Of a DNA stretch of 64,000 nucleotides, positions 36,983-45,556 are shown one piece after another; the first letter of the stretch is position 1, and each line of letters begins with the position of its first letter. The translations under genes were made by a program, and so were the position numbers. Source of the stretch: Candidatus Woesearchaeota archaeon (GTDB lineage Archaea > Nanobdellota > Nanobdellia > Woesearchaeales > GW2011-AR4); the NCBI GenBank assembly GCA_018303625.1, contig JAGVXV010000010.1:13411-77410 (forward strand), read 5' to 3'. The notes beneath the pieces were generated by a model, which had not been told where the DNA came from, ran no database searches, and worked only from the letters and a program-made list of their open reading frames with translations.

Positions 36983-37042
36983 AATCGAACCCAGGTCTTA
37001 AGGTCCGCAACCTCATATTCTGATCCACTAAACTATAGGGGC
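36970..37042 (-). tRNA. tRNA-Arg (GCG), intronless
   Basis: 73 nt on the minus strand. Acceptor GCCCCTA/TAGGGGC. Anticodon stem TGAGG/CCTTA with loop TTGCGGA. T-arm CTGGG-TTCGATT-CCCAG. Confidence 0.8.
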
Positions 37043-37158
37043 GCAACATAACTAATTCAGGATGGTTTATAAACATTATTGCGCATAAATAATTAATTAC
37101 TTTATAATAGTGACAAAATAGAAAGATTTAAATATGAGTATGATGGAATATTATTAGT

Positions 37159-38214
37159 ATGGTAGAGGTAGGAAGAATAGTCAGAGATTTGGAAACTGTG
37201 AGAGAGCATTTACTTAGAACTGGAGCTAGGCCAGAAGTTGTTGACGCATTTAACAGAACTTTTCTACTTGACACTTTAAACACAGATGTCCTATCCAGAT
37301 TTGCATTTTATGGGCTACTGAGACGAACTATAGAAAATTATATTGAAGGGAATTTAATAATAGAACGCCAGGATAGAAGAAAACTGAATGGTGGCGATAG
37401 AGTCAATCTTAGGGGTAAAGCCAAAGAAGATAGAAGAGCCGAAAGAATAGAGGTTACAAGTGACATGATAGATGTAGCTATGTTTGATTTAGGCCGTTTT
37501 AAATTTTATAATGACGAATTTGGGGAATTAGTTGGAGATTTGCTTCTAGCAGTTGTAGGCGGAATGATTAGCAAGAACCTAAGGCCGTATGACGCCACCA
37601 CAGCACCAGTGGATTATGAATCTCTTTTGAGAAACATAGGCAGTGGGGTTGCAAGTAGGGAAAAAGGTGATGAATATAGGGCAATGATAGTCGGGACAAG
37701 ACAGCATAAGACAATAATTAACCGTATTCTTAAAAATGTCAGAAAGGAAGCCATAGAAGAGGCTTATAAACAAGTTAAAGGAAATCCAGAATTGATTAAT
37801 TTGTTTAGAGGTGATTCTTACGCAGAAAAAGAAAGTAACCTAGAGAAGTTTTACAGAGCACAAAAGACTATGCCAATAGTGTTAAGGGTAGGGTATGCCA
37901 TACTAAAAGACATTGAAAAAGAAGTTGAAAGAACTGAGCGCGCCAGAGACCCTGAGAACCTAGCTACCCGCTTGATAGTGGCAAGCACGGATACACAAGA
38001 AGCTGTTAAGATGAGCGGTGATTTGGGAAAAGTTTATTCTTATCAAGATTTAAAGAATGGAAAAATTGGGGGTAAAACGACAAGCCACATGCCTCCAAAT
38101 TTAGTTGAGATGGTTCAAAGGTATGGTGGTGAAGTTTTTCACCGTAGAGTTCTTGATGAAATTCGAGCCTCTCATCCTGACGCTTACAGATTGTTAACAA
38201 GAAGAACTGGTTGA
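37159..38214 (+). CDS. hypothetical protein (351 aa), Arg-rich, atypical codon usage
   Basis: A long, clean ORF adjacent to tRNA-Arg. Its codons are strongly AT3-biased (aga, tta, gta, aca) in contrast to core genes. No enzymatic motif is recognised. It ends with a Walker-A-like 'GKIGGKTTS' near the C-terminus. Confidence 0.4.
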   Translation: MVEVGRIVRDLETVREHLLRTGARPEVVDAFNRTFLLDTLNTDVLSRFAFYGLLRRTIENYIEGNLIIERQDRRKLNGGDRVNLRGKAKEDRRAERIEVTSDMIDVAMFDLGRFKFYNDEFGELVGDLLLAVVGGMISKNLRPYDATTAPVDYESLLRNIGSGVASREKGDEYRAMIVGTRQHKTIINRILKNVRKEAIEEAYKQVKGNPELINLFRGDSYAEKESNLEKFYRAQKTMPIVLRVGYAILKDIEKEVERTERARDPENLATRLIVASTDTQEAVKMSGDLGKVYSYQDLKNGKIGGKTTSHMPPNLVEMVQRYGGEVFHRRVLDEIRASHPDAYRLLTRRTG

Positions 38215-38236
38215 TGTTGATAATAGTAAAATTAAC

Positions 38237-39787
38237 TCAATAATCCACCAGGCTGATCTGCCCTTTCCTTTTTCCAGATGGAATTTCTTTTATTTCCTCT
38301 CCTACCTGCTTCTTCACATTCAAAGCGACTTTTTCTCCCAGAATCTGCACTAACTTTAAAAAATCTGCCTTCTTAACATCCCCGATATCCTTGATCTTGT
38401 TGTTGTACAATTTCCTTGCCCTTACTCTTCCAATCTGCTCAAGCCTCAATAAGGGCAGCAATTCCTCTCTGACGCCATACTTCATTCTCAGCCTCAGCTT
38501 CGCAATTTCCCTGATCAGGCTTTGGTAATGCAAAATTCTTGATATTTCCTCAGAGGAGTAAAGCAGCCAGTCGGCATTGTCCAGCTTGACCCTTAATTCG
38601 CCAGGCCTTAGGTTGTACTGCTCGAGCAGAAACTCCTCGTCTTTCTCATCGGTCCAGTCGATAAACATCAATGCTGTTTTAATGCTGTTCAAAAAGTCAT
38701 CATATTCGGGCTCGTACATGGAAGGCTCATGCTCAAGCAGAAAACTTTCGTGCTTTATCAATTCCTCCTGGATTTTCTCATTTTCTTTTGCGCCAACCCT
38801 GAGCAAAGGCCTCATTTCAAGTGTATGGCATGCCATCTGCAAAAGGGAAAATTCATTTATTTTTTTGTCAGAGGCATTCCTCAGGCAGCTTATGATGAAA
38901 AAAGCAGTCAAGGGGTCAATGTAAAGCTCTGCAACTCTTTTGCCCATTACTGTCGCCCTTATCTCCTCATTTTCAAATTTATCAGCATCCCTGAATTCAT
39001 TTTTCTTCCTGGCTATAAATTCCCATTCTTCCAGCAAATCCAGCATTTTTGATATTATCATTTCAAGCTTTCCAAAATCCCTGAACTGGTAGGCCCAGAA
39101 TGTCCTCTCAAAAAAATCCATTATCTGGCTTTTGTTTCTTGTGAAATCAGCCGCAATCAGGCTTAATAGGTATGTCCTTAACACAGGCTCGACAGCAAGC
39201 TTCGAGTAAATATCCTCAGGCTCGCCCAAAATGTACATCTCGTAAATCTTGTTTTTTTCACCTTCGCTGCCTGCAATTGCAATTGCCTCTCCTGTTTTGT
39301 CAAATTTAGGCCTGCCAGCCCTTCCTGACTGCTGCAGATATTCCAGAACAGGTATCCATGCCAATCCTCTTGGGCTGTATCTCCTCAAATCCTTAATAAT
39401 GACCCTGAATGCCGGAAGATCAACTCCATACGCCAATGTTGGGGTTGCGCAGATAATCTTGATTAAGCCGTTCCTGAAGTTATTTTCAATCAGCTCCCTT
39501 TGCTTTGAAACCAGGCCGGCATGGTGAAAAGCAATTCCTTTTTTTATGCAGTAAGCCAGCCTTTCGCACTGCTTTGTAGGCCTAGAAAGGGCGTTAAGTA
39601 TGCCGTCAGAAATTCTCTCTAAATCCGCATTGCCCACCTTTATGCTCTTGGCTATTTCCTCAGCGGCTTTTTCAGCGCTCCTCTTGGTATTTGCAAAAAC
39701 TATAGCCTGCTTTCCCAGATTAATCGTGTCCAAAGCCAGGTTTGTAACAGAATTATCGCTATGATTGGGTATTTTTTTATTGCCCAT
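38237..39787 (-). CDS. Hel308/Ski2-like DNA helicase, C-terminal portion only (RecA2, WH, ratchet and HLH domains); N-terminal RecA1 domain absent
   Basis: It begins at the RecA2 domain ('GKQAIVFANTKRSAEKAA', 'AFHHAGL', 'TPTLAYGVDLPA', 'QQSGRAGR' motif VI). The Hel308-type WH/ratchet/HLH C-terminus continues to 'KRKGQISLVDY'. A TAG stop lies 5 codons upstream of the ATG. No Walker A/DEAH is present. Confidence 0.7.
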   Translation of the reverse strand: MGNKKIPNHSDNSVTNLALDTINLGKQAIVFANTKRSAEKAAEEIAKSIKVGNADLERISDGILNALSRPTKQCERLAYCIKKGIAFHHAGLVSKQRELIENNFRNGLIKIICATPTLAYGVDLPAFRVIIKDLRRYSPRGLAWIPVLEYLQQSGRAGRPKFDKTGEAIAIAGSEGEKNKIYEMYILGEPEDIYSKLAVEPVLRTYLLSLIAADFTRNKSQIMDFFERTFWAYQFRDFGKLEMIISKMLDLLEEWEFIARKKNEFRDADKFENEEIRATVMGKRVAELYIDPLTAFFIISCLRNASDKKINEFSLLQMACHTLEMRPLLRVGAKENEKIQEELIKHESFLLEHEPSMYEPEYDDFLNSIKTALMFIDWTDEKDEEFLLEQYNLRPGELRVKLDNADWLLYSSEEISRILHYQSLIREIAKLRLRMKYGVREELLPLLRLEQIGRVRARKLYNNKIKDIGDVKKADFLKLVQILGEKVALNVKKQVGEEIKEIPSGKRKGQISLVDY

Positions 39788-39896
39788 TAAATAAAGAAGC
39801 TATCAGAAATTTATAAAGCTTGTGGATTAAATTATCAGTTAAGAATGTATAACTACTCTATAAAATTGACACAATTCCACATTTTTATTTGATGAA

Positions 39897-41237
39897 TTAA
39901 GAAGTTGGGTCTGATACTCTACCTATAAACAGAATTGTATTATTTTCACGTTCTTGAATTATGAAGATAAAAGGATGGTCTGCACGAAAAATTGGTGTTG
40001 GTGGTGGGATCGATATAATTCCAATAACAACTGCTGTTGCAGCTGCTGCTTCTGTGCCTTCCTCATTCACATCAACAAATGCCTGATGGATAACATCGCT
40101 AATAACAAGGTCTTTTTTTCCATCAATTCCAGAAAAATCCGCTTCTAGTGGATCAAATGATGATAAGATTCCCATTTCTTTAAGATTTTTAGAGAGAAAA
40201 TATTTACTATCAAAAGTAAACCGAGGTATAAAAACATCAACGTTTTGTTCTTTCAACTTGGTAACCCATTCAGTAAATTTAACTGTGGAAAGAGAGCTTT
40301 CAACTTTTTCTAAGTCATCATTTTTTGGAAGTAGGATTATCATCGATAAATTGTTTCCTTCATACAGCAATTCAAGAATCTGCGATTCATCTGTTTCTGC
40401 ATAATTGAATCTTGACTCTGTATACCTCATAATTGGCACTATTACAGTTTTTTCATTATTCACCTTAAATTCTTCATCCTTGGTTTCTTCTTTATCAAAT
40501 TGTACTAGCCAGTTTGCTTTAAAGTAAATTGCATTTGTAAGTACCAATCTTGTCGCGGCATCAAGAACGCCTACTGGAATTAAATCCTTAATCTTATCAT
40601 TAGTTTTATCTTCTACCCATTTATTTATTGTCTGCCGAGCTTCTTCAGTCGCTTTTATGAAATCAACAAGATTAGCGCTTGCATCATAATATTTTTGCAA
40701 TACATTAACATATTCATCTAAAATTCCAAAATCTTTTTGTACCCAAAATGCATTTGCAGTGCTAAGATTATATTTACTGTCCTTGCTATTTATTTTACTG
40801 TTAAGTTCTACATATGACAATCTAAGCAAGCCATAATCCTCTGGAAAATGCAATGTTCTTGCAATCTCATTTGCAGTCTCTCCACGTGCTCCTTCATATG
40901 TCATTGCAAGTGCTGCAGTAATGCTCCATGGAGAGAAAAAGATATTCCCTTCTTCCTCACTTAATTTTGAATAAAGATCAAAAGCAAATTGATTATTAGA
41001 GTCTGAAATGCCACTAAAATTTACTGTAATTGCTTTGTTATCTTTCTTTGCGGGTAATTCATGCTCTATAGATTGATTTTTAGCAGCGGATTCACGTTTC
41101 TCTAGAGGAGCAATTTCTTCATCTTTTTCTGGCAAATTATTAAATATCGCCAAATTAAGAACTACTAGAATACTAACTATAACGATAACTATCCATAAAA
41201 TAGTTAAAATCGTTTTCTTATCCATTTCCTCCAACAT
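39897..41237 (-). CDS. Serpin (serine protease inhibitor), membrane-anchored/secreted
   Basis: An N-terminal TM is followed by a serpin fold. It has the hinge 'NEEGTEAAAATAVVIGIISIPPP', the canonical EEGTEAAAAT inhibitory hinge, and the C-terminal 'FRADHPFIFIIQE...ILFIGRV' serpin signature. Codon usage is AT3-rich. Confidence 0.85.
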   Translation of the reverse strand: MLEEMDKKTILTILWIVIVIVSILVVLNLAIFNNLPEKDEEIAPLEKRESAAKNQSIEHELPAKKDNKAITVNFSGISDSNNQFAFDLYSKLSEEEGNIFFSPWSITAALAMTYEGARGETANEIARTLHFPEDYGLLRLSYVELNSKINSKDSKYNLSTANAFWVQKDFGILDEYVNVLQKYYDASANLVDFIKATEEARQTINKWVEDKTNDKIKDLIPVGVLDAATRLVLTNAIYFKANWLVQFDKEETKDEEFKVNNEKTVIVPIMRYTESRFNYAETDESQILELLYEGNNLSMIILLPKNDDLEKVESSLSTVKFTEWVTKLKEQNVDVFIPRFTFDSKYFLSKNLKEMGILSSFDPLEADFSGIDGKKDLVISDVIHQAFVDVNEEGTEAAAATAVVIGIISIPPPTPIFRADHPFIFIIQERENNTILFIGRVSDPTS

Positions 41238-41343
41238 TAGAATTAATATTACCTTCTTTAAAAACCCTTCGATTAAATCGTCGGGCTTTTAGTCATCAAA
41301 TTATCATTTACTAATAAAGCTGCTTTTCTTATTTTAACTGTAT

Positions 41344-43236
41344 TTAATTAACATCAACAACAAACTCGCGGCTTATTTCCTCAACGCCGTCGCTTACAGT
41401 AACCTTGATTTCCTTTTTGCCTTTTGACGCAAATGTCCTTTTGTGTATCGCAGTTGCATTGTGCTTGTCAAAAAGCCCGAAATCCCAGAGATAAGACAAA
41501 GCATCATTATCAAAATCCCTTGCCGCAACAAACAATGTTACCGGTTCGTTCACTTTAGCTGACAAATCCGTGCTGGAATTGACTATTTCAGGCGCTATAT
41601 TTTTATTGAAAACAGTAATGTTAAGCTCCTGCTCAGCACTATCCTGTCCATCGCTTGCAACAAACCTGACTTTTACGCTTTCTTTTTCTTTGCCTTTGAC
41701 AAAGGAAAAATCCGGCTTGAAAGTAAAAATGCTGCCTTCCAATTCAGCATTTTCCGGCAGATTTTCAGCAGAGAATCCTATTATATCATTGTCAGGATCT
41801 GTTGCCATTAATTCCATTCTAAGAGTTTTGTTTTCAGTTATTTCTGCATTTTTTAATGGCTCAAAGGCTGGAGCCCTGTTGACATTCTCAACACTGACAG
41901 TAACAAATTCCGAAGCAGTGTAAAACCCGTCAGTGCCCGTGACTTTTACGATATAAATGCCTGCATCATCAAAATTTGTCTTATAAGTATTTTTTGCCAT
42001 CCATCCTGAATATGCAAATGAAACCCTGTCGTTGTCAGGGTCGTTGTAGCGCGGCTCTATTTTAACTTCCTCATTTTCATCGATAGTGATTGGTGCAATA
42101 GGCTCCAAGGTAAAAGGCCTGTTTGCGTCCCTTACAGTTATTTTTACGTCTTTTTCCGCTTCATTTCCATTGCTTTCCGCCATAAACTTGATATTTACGC
42201 TTTTGCTTAGCAAATGAAACTTGTCGGCGATATAATCAACAAGATTTTCCTTTTTTACAAAATTGAAATCAGGCTTCCATCTGAAAGTATTTCCATCCAG
42301 TACAGCCCCATCCGGCATGTTCTGCGCAGAAAAGATTATGTCATCATTATCAGGGTCCTGAACATTCAGCTCTATGGCTGCTTCTTCATTTTCATTTATT
42401 GCAATATCCTTTAAGTCAACAAAAAAAGGAGGCCTGTCATTGTTGCTTACAGTCACTTTGACCTGCTTGCTTCCTGAAAATCCTTTTCCATCTGCTTTTA
42501 TCGTTACCTTATAGGTGCCTGCATCATCATAGCTCGTCTGCCATTTGTTGTTCTGCCCGATTGGCTCTGATATAGTGTAAATTAGGCCGTATTTTTTAAA
42601 ATCAGGAAGGTTTAAGCTTGCAATTTCTGTTTCCCGGACTGCAATATCCTGTATAGAATCCAGAACATTTTCCATGCTGACATCATTTACCTCTACAATC
42701 CATTCGTTGCTTACACTATGGAGTTTATCTGAGACAACAATCTTGACATTATGCGTTCCGGCATCTTCGTAATCAGTTAAGTAATTTATAGTCTTGTCAT
42801 TGCTCACCAAAACATCATCAAGAAACCATTCATAGGCTAGAGTGTCTTTATTCAGGTCAGAGGCTGAAACATCAAAGCTTATGCTTTCTCCCTCATTAAT
42901 TGCCACTTTGTTTTCTTTCGGGGCAAAGCTTTCAATTGCCGGCTTTTCCTCCTTTTTACTGACAACCAGCAAAACCTCCTGGGAACTGCTCAATTCTCCA
43001 TCGCTTACAGTAATTGTGACTTTATATTCGCCTGCATCACCATAAGTTGTCTGCCACTCGCCATTTTCATTTAAAGGCTCGCTGTATGAATAAACAAGAT
43101 TCTGCGCATCAGGGTCTGTGGCTTTCGGCTGCAGGCTTACCAGTCCGGTTTCATTATAGGCAAAGGTTGTTATGCCGGAAGAGATATTAGCAACTAATAA
43201 TAAAACTAGCAATAGCAAAATTATTTTTTCCCCCAT
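41344..43236 (-). CDS. Secreted protein with about 6 PKD-like Ig-fold repeats
   Basis: A signal peptide is followed by repeats of roughly 90 aa, each with 'Y..DAG.Y.V.V.V.D' PKD signatures (for example 'TTYGDAGEYKVTITVSDGELSS', 'TDYEDAGTHNVKIVVSDKLHS'). Confidence 0.6.
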   Translation of the reverse strand: MGEKIILLLLVLLLVANISSGITTFAYNETGLVSLQPKATDPDAQNLVYSYSEPLNENGEWQTTYGDAGEYKVTITVSDGELSSSQEVLLVVSKKEEKPAIESFAPKENKVAINEGESISFDVSASDLNKDTLAYEWFLDDVLVSNDKTINYLTDYEDAGTHNVKIVVSDKLHSVSNEWIVEVNDVSMENVLDSIQDIAVRETEIASLNLPDFKKYGLIYTISEPIGQNNKWQTSYDDAGTYKVTIKADGKGFSGSKQVKVTVSNNDRPPFFVDLKDIAINENEEAAIELNVQDPDNDDIIFSAQNMPDGAVLDGNTFRWKPDFNFVKKENLVDYIADKFHLLSKSVNIKFMAESNGNEAEKDVKITVRDANRPFTLEPIAPITIDENEEVKIEPRYNDPDNDRVSFAYSGWMAKNTYKTNFDDAGIYIVKVTGTDGFYTASEFVTVSVENVNRAPAFEPLKNAEITENKTLRMELMATDPDNDIIGFSAENLPENAELEGSIFTFKPDFSFVKGKEKESVKVRFVASDGQDSAEQELNITVFNKNIAPEIVNSSTDLSAKVNEPVTLFVAARDFDNDALSYLWDFGLFDKHNATAIHKRTFASKGKKEIKVTVSDGVEEISREFVVDVN

Positions 43237-43264
43237 TTTTTACCAAAAAGAAAATTAATTAAAA

Positions 43265-44278
43265 TTATTCCTGCACTATGTCTATTATCTGCGGAGGCCT
43301 GTTTACATTCTCTACTATGACGGCAACTTCCTGGCTTGCTTCATCAGTGCCGTCTGATGCCGTTACTTTTACAGTATACGTTCCTGAATCATCATAGGTT
43401 GTCTCCCAAACGCCGTCATTTCCTACAGGATCAGATATTGTAAATGCAATTTCATCTCCGTCCAAATCTGCCGCTTTAGGCCCTATGGTTACTGTTTCTG
43501 TCTCTTTAACTTTTATAGCTGGGATTTCCTCCAGTACCGGCTTCCTGTTTACATTATTTACAGTGACAGACCATAAGTTTTCTGTCGATAGCTTGCCATC
43601 TGAAACAGTGACTTTTACTGTGTGGCTTCCGGCATCATCATAAGTGATTTCATATTTGAAGTAATCGCTGCCTGAAACCTCACTGCCGTCCAGTTTCCAT
43701 TCATAGCTTATTTTATCCTTGTTTAAATCAACGGCTTTAACGTTAAATTCAATTGCTTTTGTTTCACTTGTGATTGCGGTCTTTTCATGAGGCATAAAGC
43801 TCTCGATTACAGGCGCTTCTTCCTTTTTATTTACAATTATCAAAACTTCTTTTGAGCTTGTCAGTTCGCCGTCTGAAACAGTCACAGTAACGGTATATTC
43901 GCCAGCATCGCCGTAAGTTGTCTTCCATTCGCCTTTTTCGTTTAACGGGCTGCTGAATGCAAACTCTAATTCATCCTTATCAGGGTCCTGGGCTTTAGGA
44001 GTTAAGCTTACAATGTCTGTTTCCTGCACTATAATAACAGTCGCTTCCCCTACTTCTTCCCTGACTTCCTTCACTTCCTCTTTTTCAGCTTCCTTTTCTA
44101 CAGGAGCCTCTTCTTTTATTAGTTCTCCTATGGTTATGTTTTCCTCAGGAATCTTGACTACCTCCCCAACAGGAGCCGGCGGCGCATATAGTGTATTGTA
44201 GACGTCGCAGGCTGACAAGAAAACAGCGAATATAACAAGAGTTGCAATGAGCGCTTTTAATTTCATAATACCCCTCAT
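43265..44278 (-). CDS. Secreted/lipobox-anchored protein with 3 PKD-like repeats (paralog of the upstream gene)
   Basis: A signal peptide ends 'FLSAC' (lipobox-like). The repeats 'TTYGDAGEYTVTVTVSDGELTS', 'ITYDDAGSHTVKVTVSDGKLST' and 'TTYDDSGTYTVKVTASDGTDEA' are closely related to the 41344-43236 repeats. Confidence 0.6.
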   Translation of the reverse strand: MRGIMKLKALIATLVIFAVFLSACDVYNTLYAPPAPVGEVVKIPEENITIGELIKEEAPVEKEAEKEEVKEVREEVGEATVIIVQETDIVSLTPKAQDPDKDELEFAFSSPLNEKGEWKTTYGDAGEYTVTVTVSDGELTSSKEVLIIVNKKEEAPVIESFMPHEKTAITSETKAIEFNVKAVDLNKDKISYEWKLDGSEVSGSDYFKYEITYDDAGSHTVKVTVSDGKLSTENLWSVTVNNVNRKPVLEEIPAIKVKETETVTIGPKAADLDGDEIAFTISDPVGNDGVWETTYDDSGTYTVKVTASDGTDEASQEVAVIVENVNRPPQIIDIVQE

Positions 44279-44362
44279 TTTTTATTTGTACTTATTCTAA
44301 AATAACAACTACTATTTAAATTTTGCGGGTAGTGAAAGTTTTTAAATAAAAAATAAGCAGAA

Positions 44363-44490
44363 TGGGCCTGCCAGGATTTGAACCTGGGACCATTCTCGGC
44401 TTATTGGCTCTCGATGTCTAACAGCTGGTTATCAGTTTCGCCGCCTCTTCTGGAGACTCGAGCATTCTAACCAGACTGAACTACAGGCCC
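44363..44490 (-). tRNA. tRNA, 128 nt, with a roughly 36-nt anticodon-loop intron and extra nucleotides in the variable region; anticodon probably CTC (Glu) but uncertain
   Basis: Minus strand. Acceptor GGGCCTG/CAGGCCC with A73. An intact D-arm GTTC-AGTCTGGTTA-GAAT. Anticodon stem CTCGA/TCGAG enclosing 43 nt. T-arm CCAGG-TTCAAAT-CCTGG preceded by 22 nt. Confidence 0.55.
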
Positions 44491-44533
44491 GTGATTTTAA
44501 ATTTGGTATGAATTTATGGCGATTTAAAAAAAA

Positions 44534-44637
44534 CGCCCCTGACCAGACTCGAACTGGTGATCTTACGGTTACAGCGCAAAGCTAACAGCCGTACGCTCTA
44601 CCTATTGCTCCACTCATAGTGTCTAAGCTACAGGGGC
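44534..44637 (-). tRNA. tRNA-Asn (GTT) with two introns (D-loop about 20 nt; anticodon loop about 13 nt)
   Basis: Minus strand. Acceptor GCCCCTG/CAGGGGC with G73. D-stem GCTT/GAGC with an interrupted D-loop 'AG|intron|GGTA'. Anticodon stem TACGG/CCGTA with loop CTGTTA|intron|A. T-arm ACCAG-TTCGAGT-CTGGT. Confidence 0.6.
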
Positions 44638-44746
44638 ATCGAGTTCTGGAATAAAAGAATTGTTTAAATAGGTTTCTATGCAAAGATTAAAATAATAAAT
44701 CGGGATTAATTCAGTCTGCCTTCGGCAGATTTTAGTGCAGTTATAA

Positions 44747-45160
44747 TCAATTTATTTCAATAACTTTTACCTTGAAATTCAAGTCTTTTCCCGCCAATGG
44801 ATGATTTAAATCTATTAAGACGGCATCTTCCCTTACTTCCTTGATTACAGAAGGCATTCTTTCACCCTGGGGCCCTTTCAGGAGCAGATGGCCGCCAACT
44901 TGAACTTCCGGAGGAAGCTTGCTTCTTGGAACAGAAACAACAAGCCTTTCATCCCTTTCCCCGTAAGCGTCTTTTGAGCTTATCTTTATTGTTTTTTCCT
45001 CATTTAGATTCATTTCTTTTACTCCATTTTCAAAGCCCGGAATAACCTGGTTATTACCTATTGTGAATTCCAATGGCTCTCTCCCGTCAGAGCTGTCAAA
45101 TACAGTCCCGTCATTCAATGTTCCTGTGTAATGGACTTTTACTTTGTCTCCTAGGTTCAT
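44747..45160 (-). CDS. FKBP-type peptidyl-prolyl cis-trans isomerase (SlyD-like, with IF insertion)
   Basis: 'VKVHYTGTLNDGTVFDSS...EFTIGNNQVIPGFENGVKEM' is the FKBP core. The C-terminal insert-in-flap is typical of archaeal short FKBP. Confidence 0.85.
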   Translation of the reverse strand: MNLGDKVKVHYTGTLNDGTVFDSSDGREPLEFTIGNNQVIPGFENGVKEMNLNEEKTIKISSKDAYGERDERLVVSVPRSKLPPEVQVGGHLLLKGPQGERMPSVIKEVREDAVLIDLNHPLAGKDLNFKVKVIEIN

Positions 45161-45290
45161 TTTAGGGAGAAATTATGAAATGATATTTAAGGGTTGTGGG
45201 TTAAGGCTCTGAATTTTTATTCAGCTCTGCAAGAATTAATTATATAATTTAAAACTAAAATTTAAATAGTACCATGCTTAATACTTTATT

Positions 45291-45548
45291 ATGTACGAGA
45301 TTTATACTGCAAATAGCAGAACAGAAAAAAGGCTCAAAGATCATATAAAAGAAAGGCAGGATATTCTCAAAAAGCTTCAAAGATTAAAGCTTTCTCCAAG
45401 AACGGAAATAGGTGCGCATCCCCTGCATGGAAAGCTGAGCGGAAAATGGAGCTGCTGGCTTGGCTCCAATATCAGGATGATTTACAGCATTGATGACAAT
45501 AACAGGCAGATAATCGTAGAAGCAATAGGAACCCATCAGGTTTATTAA
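45291..45548 (+). CDS. YoeB/Txe-like (RelE/ParE superfamily) toxin
   Basis: 85 aa. 'GAHPLHGKLSGKWSCWLGSNIRMIYSIDDNNRQIIVEAIGTHQVY' matches the YoeB C-terminal catalytic region (LSGxWSRRI...RLVY...H.Y). Confidence 0.65.
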   Translation: MYEIYTANSRTEKRLKDHIKERQDILKKLQRLKLSPRTEIGAHPLHGKLSGKWSCWLGSNIRMIYSIDDNNRQIIVEAIGTHQVY

Positions 45549-45556
45549 ACTTTCAG

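Noticed and set aside
37159-38214. Possible tyrosine integrase next to the tRNA att-like repeat
   Set aside because: The C-terminal 'HRRVLDEIRASHPDAY' has H/R/Y residues, but the spacing and absence of the box I Arg and Lys do not fit the R-K-H-R-H-Y integrase pattern.
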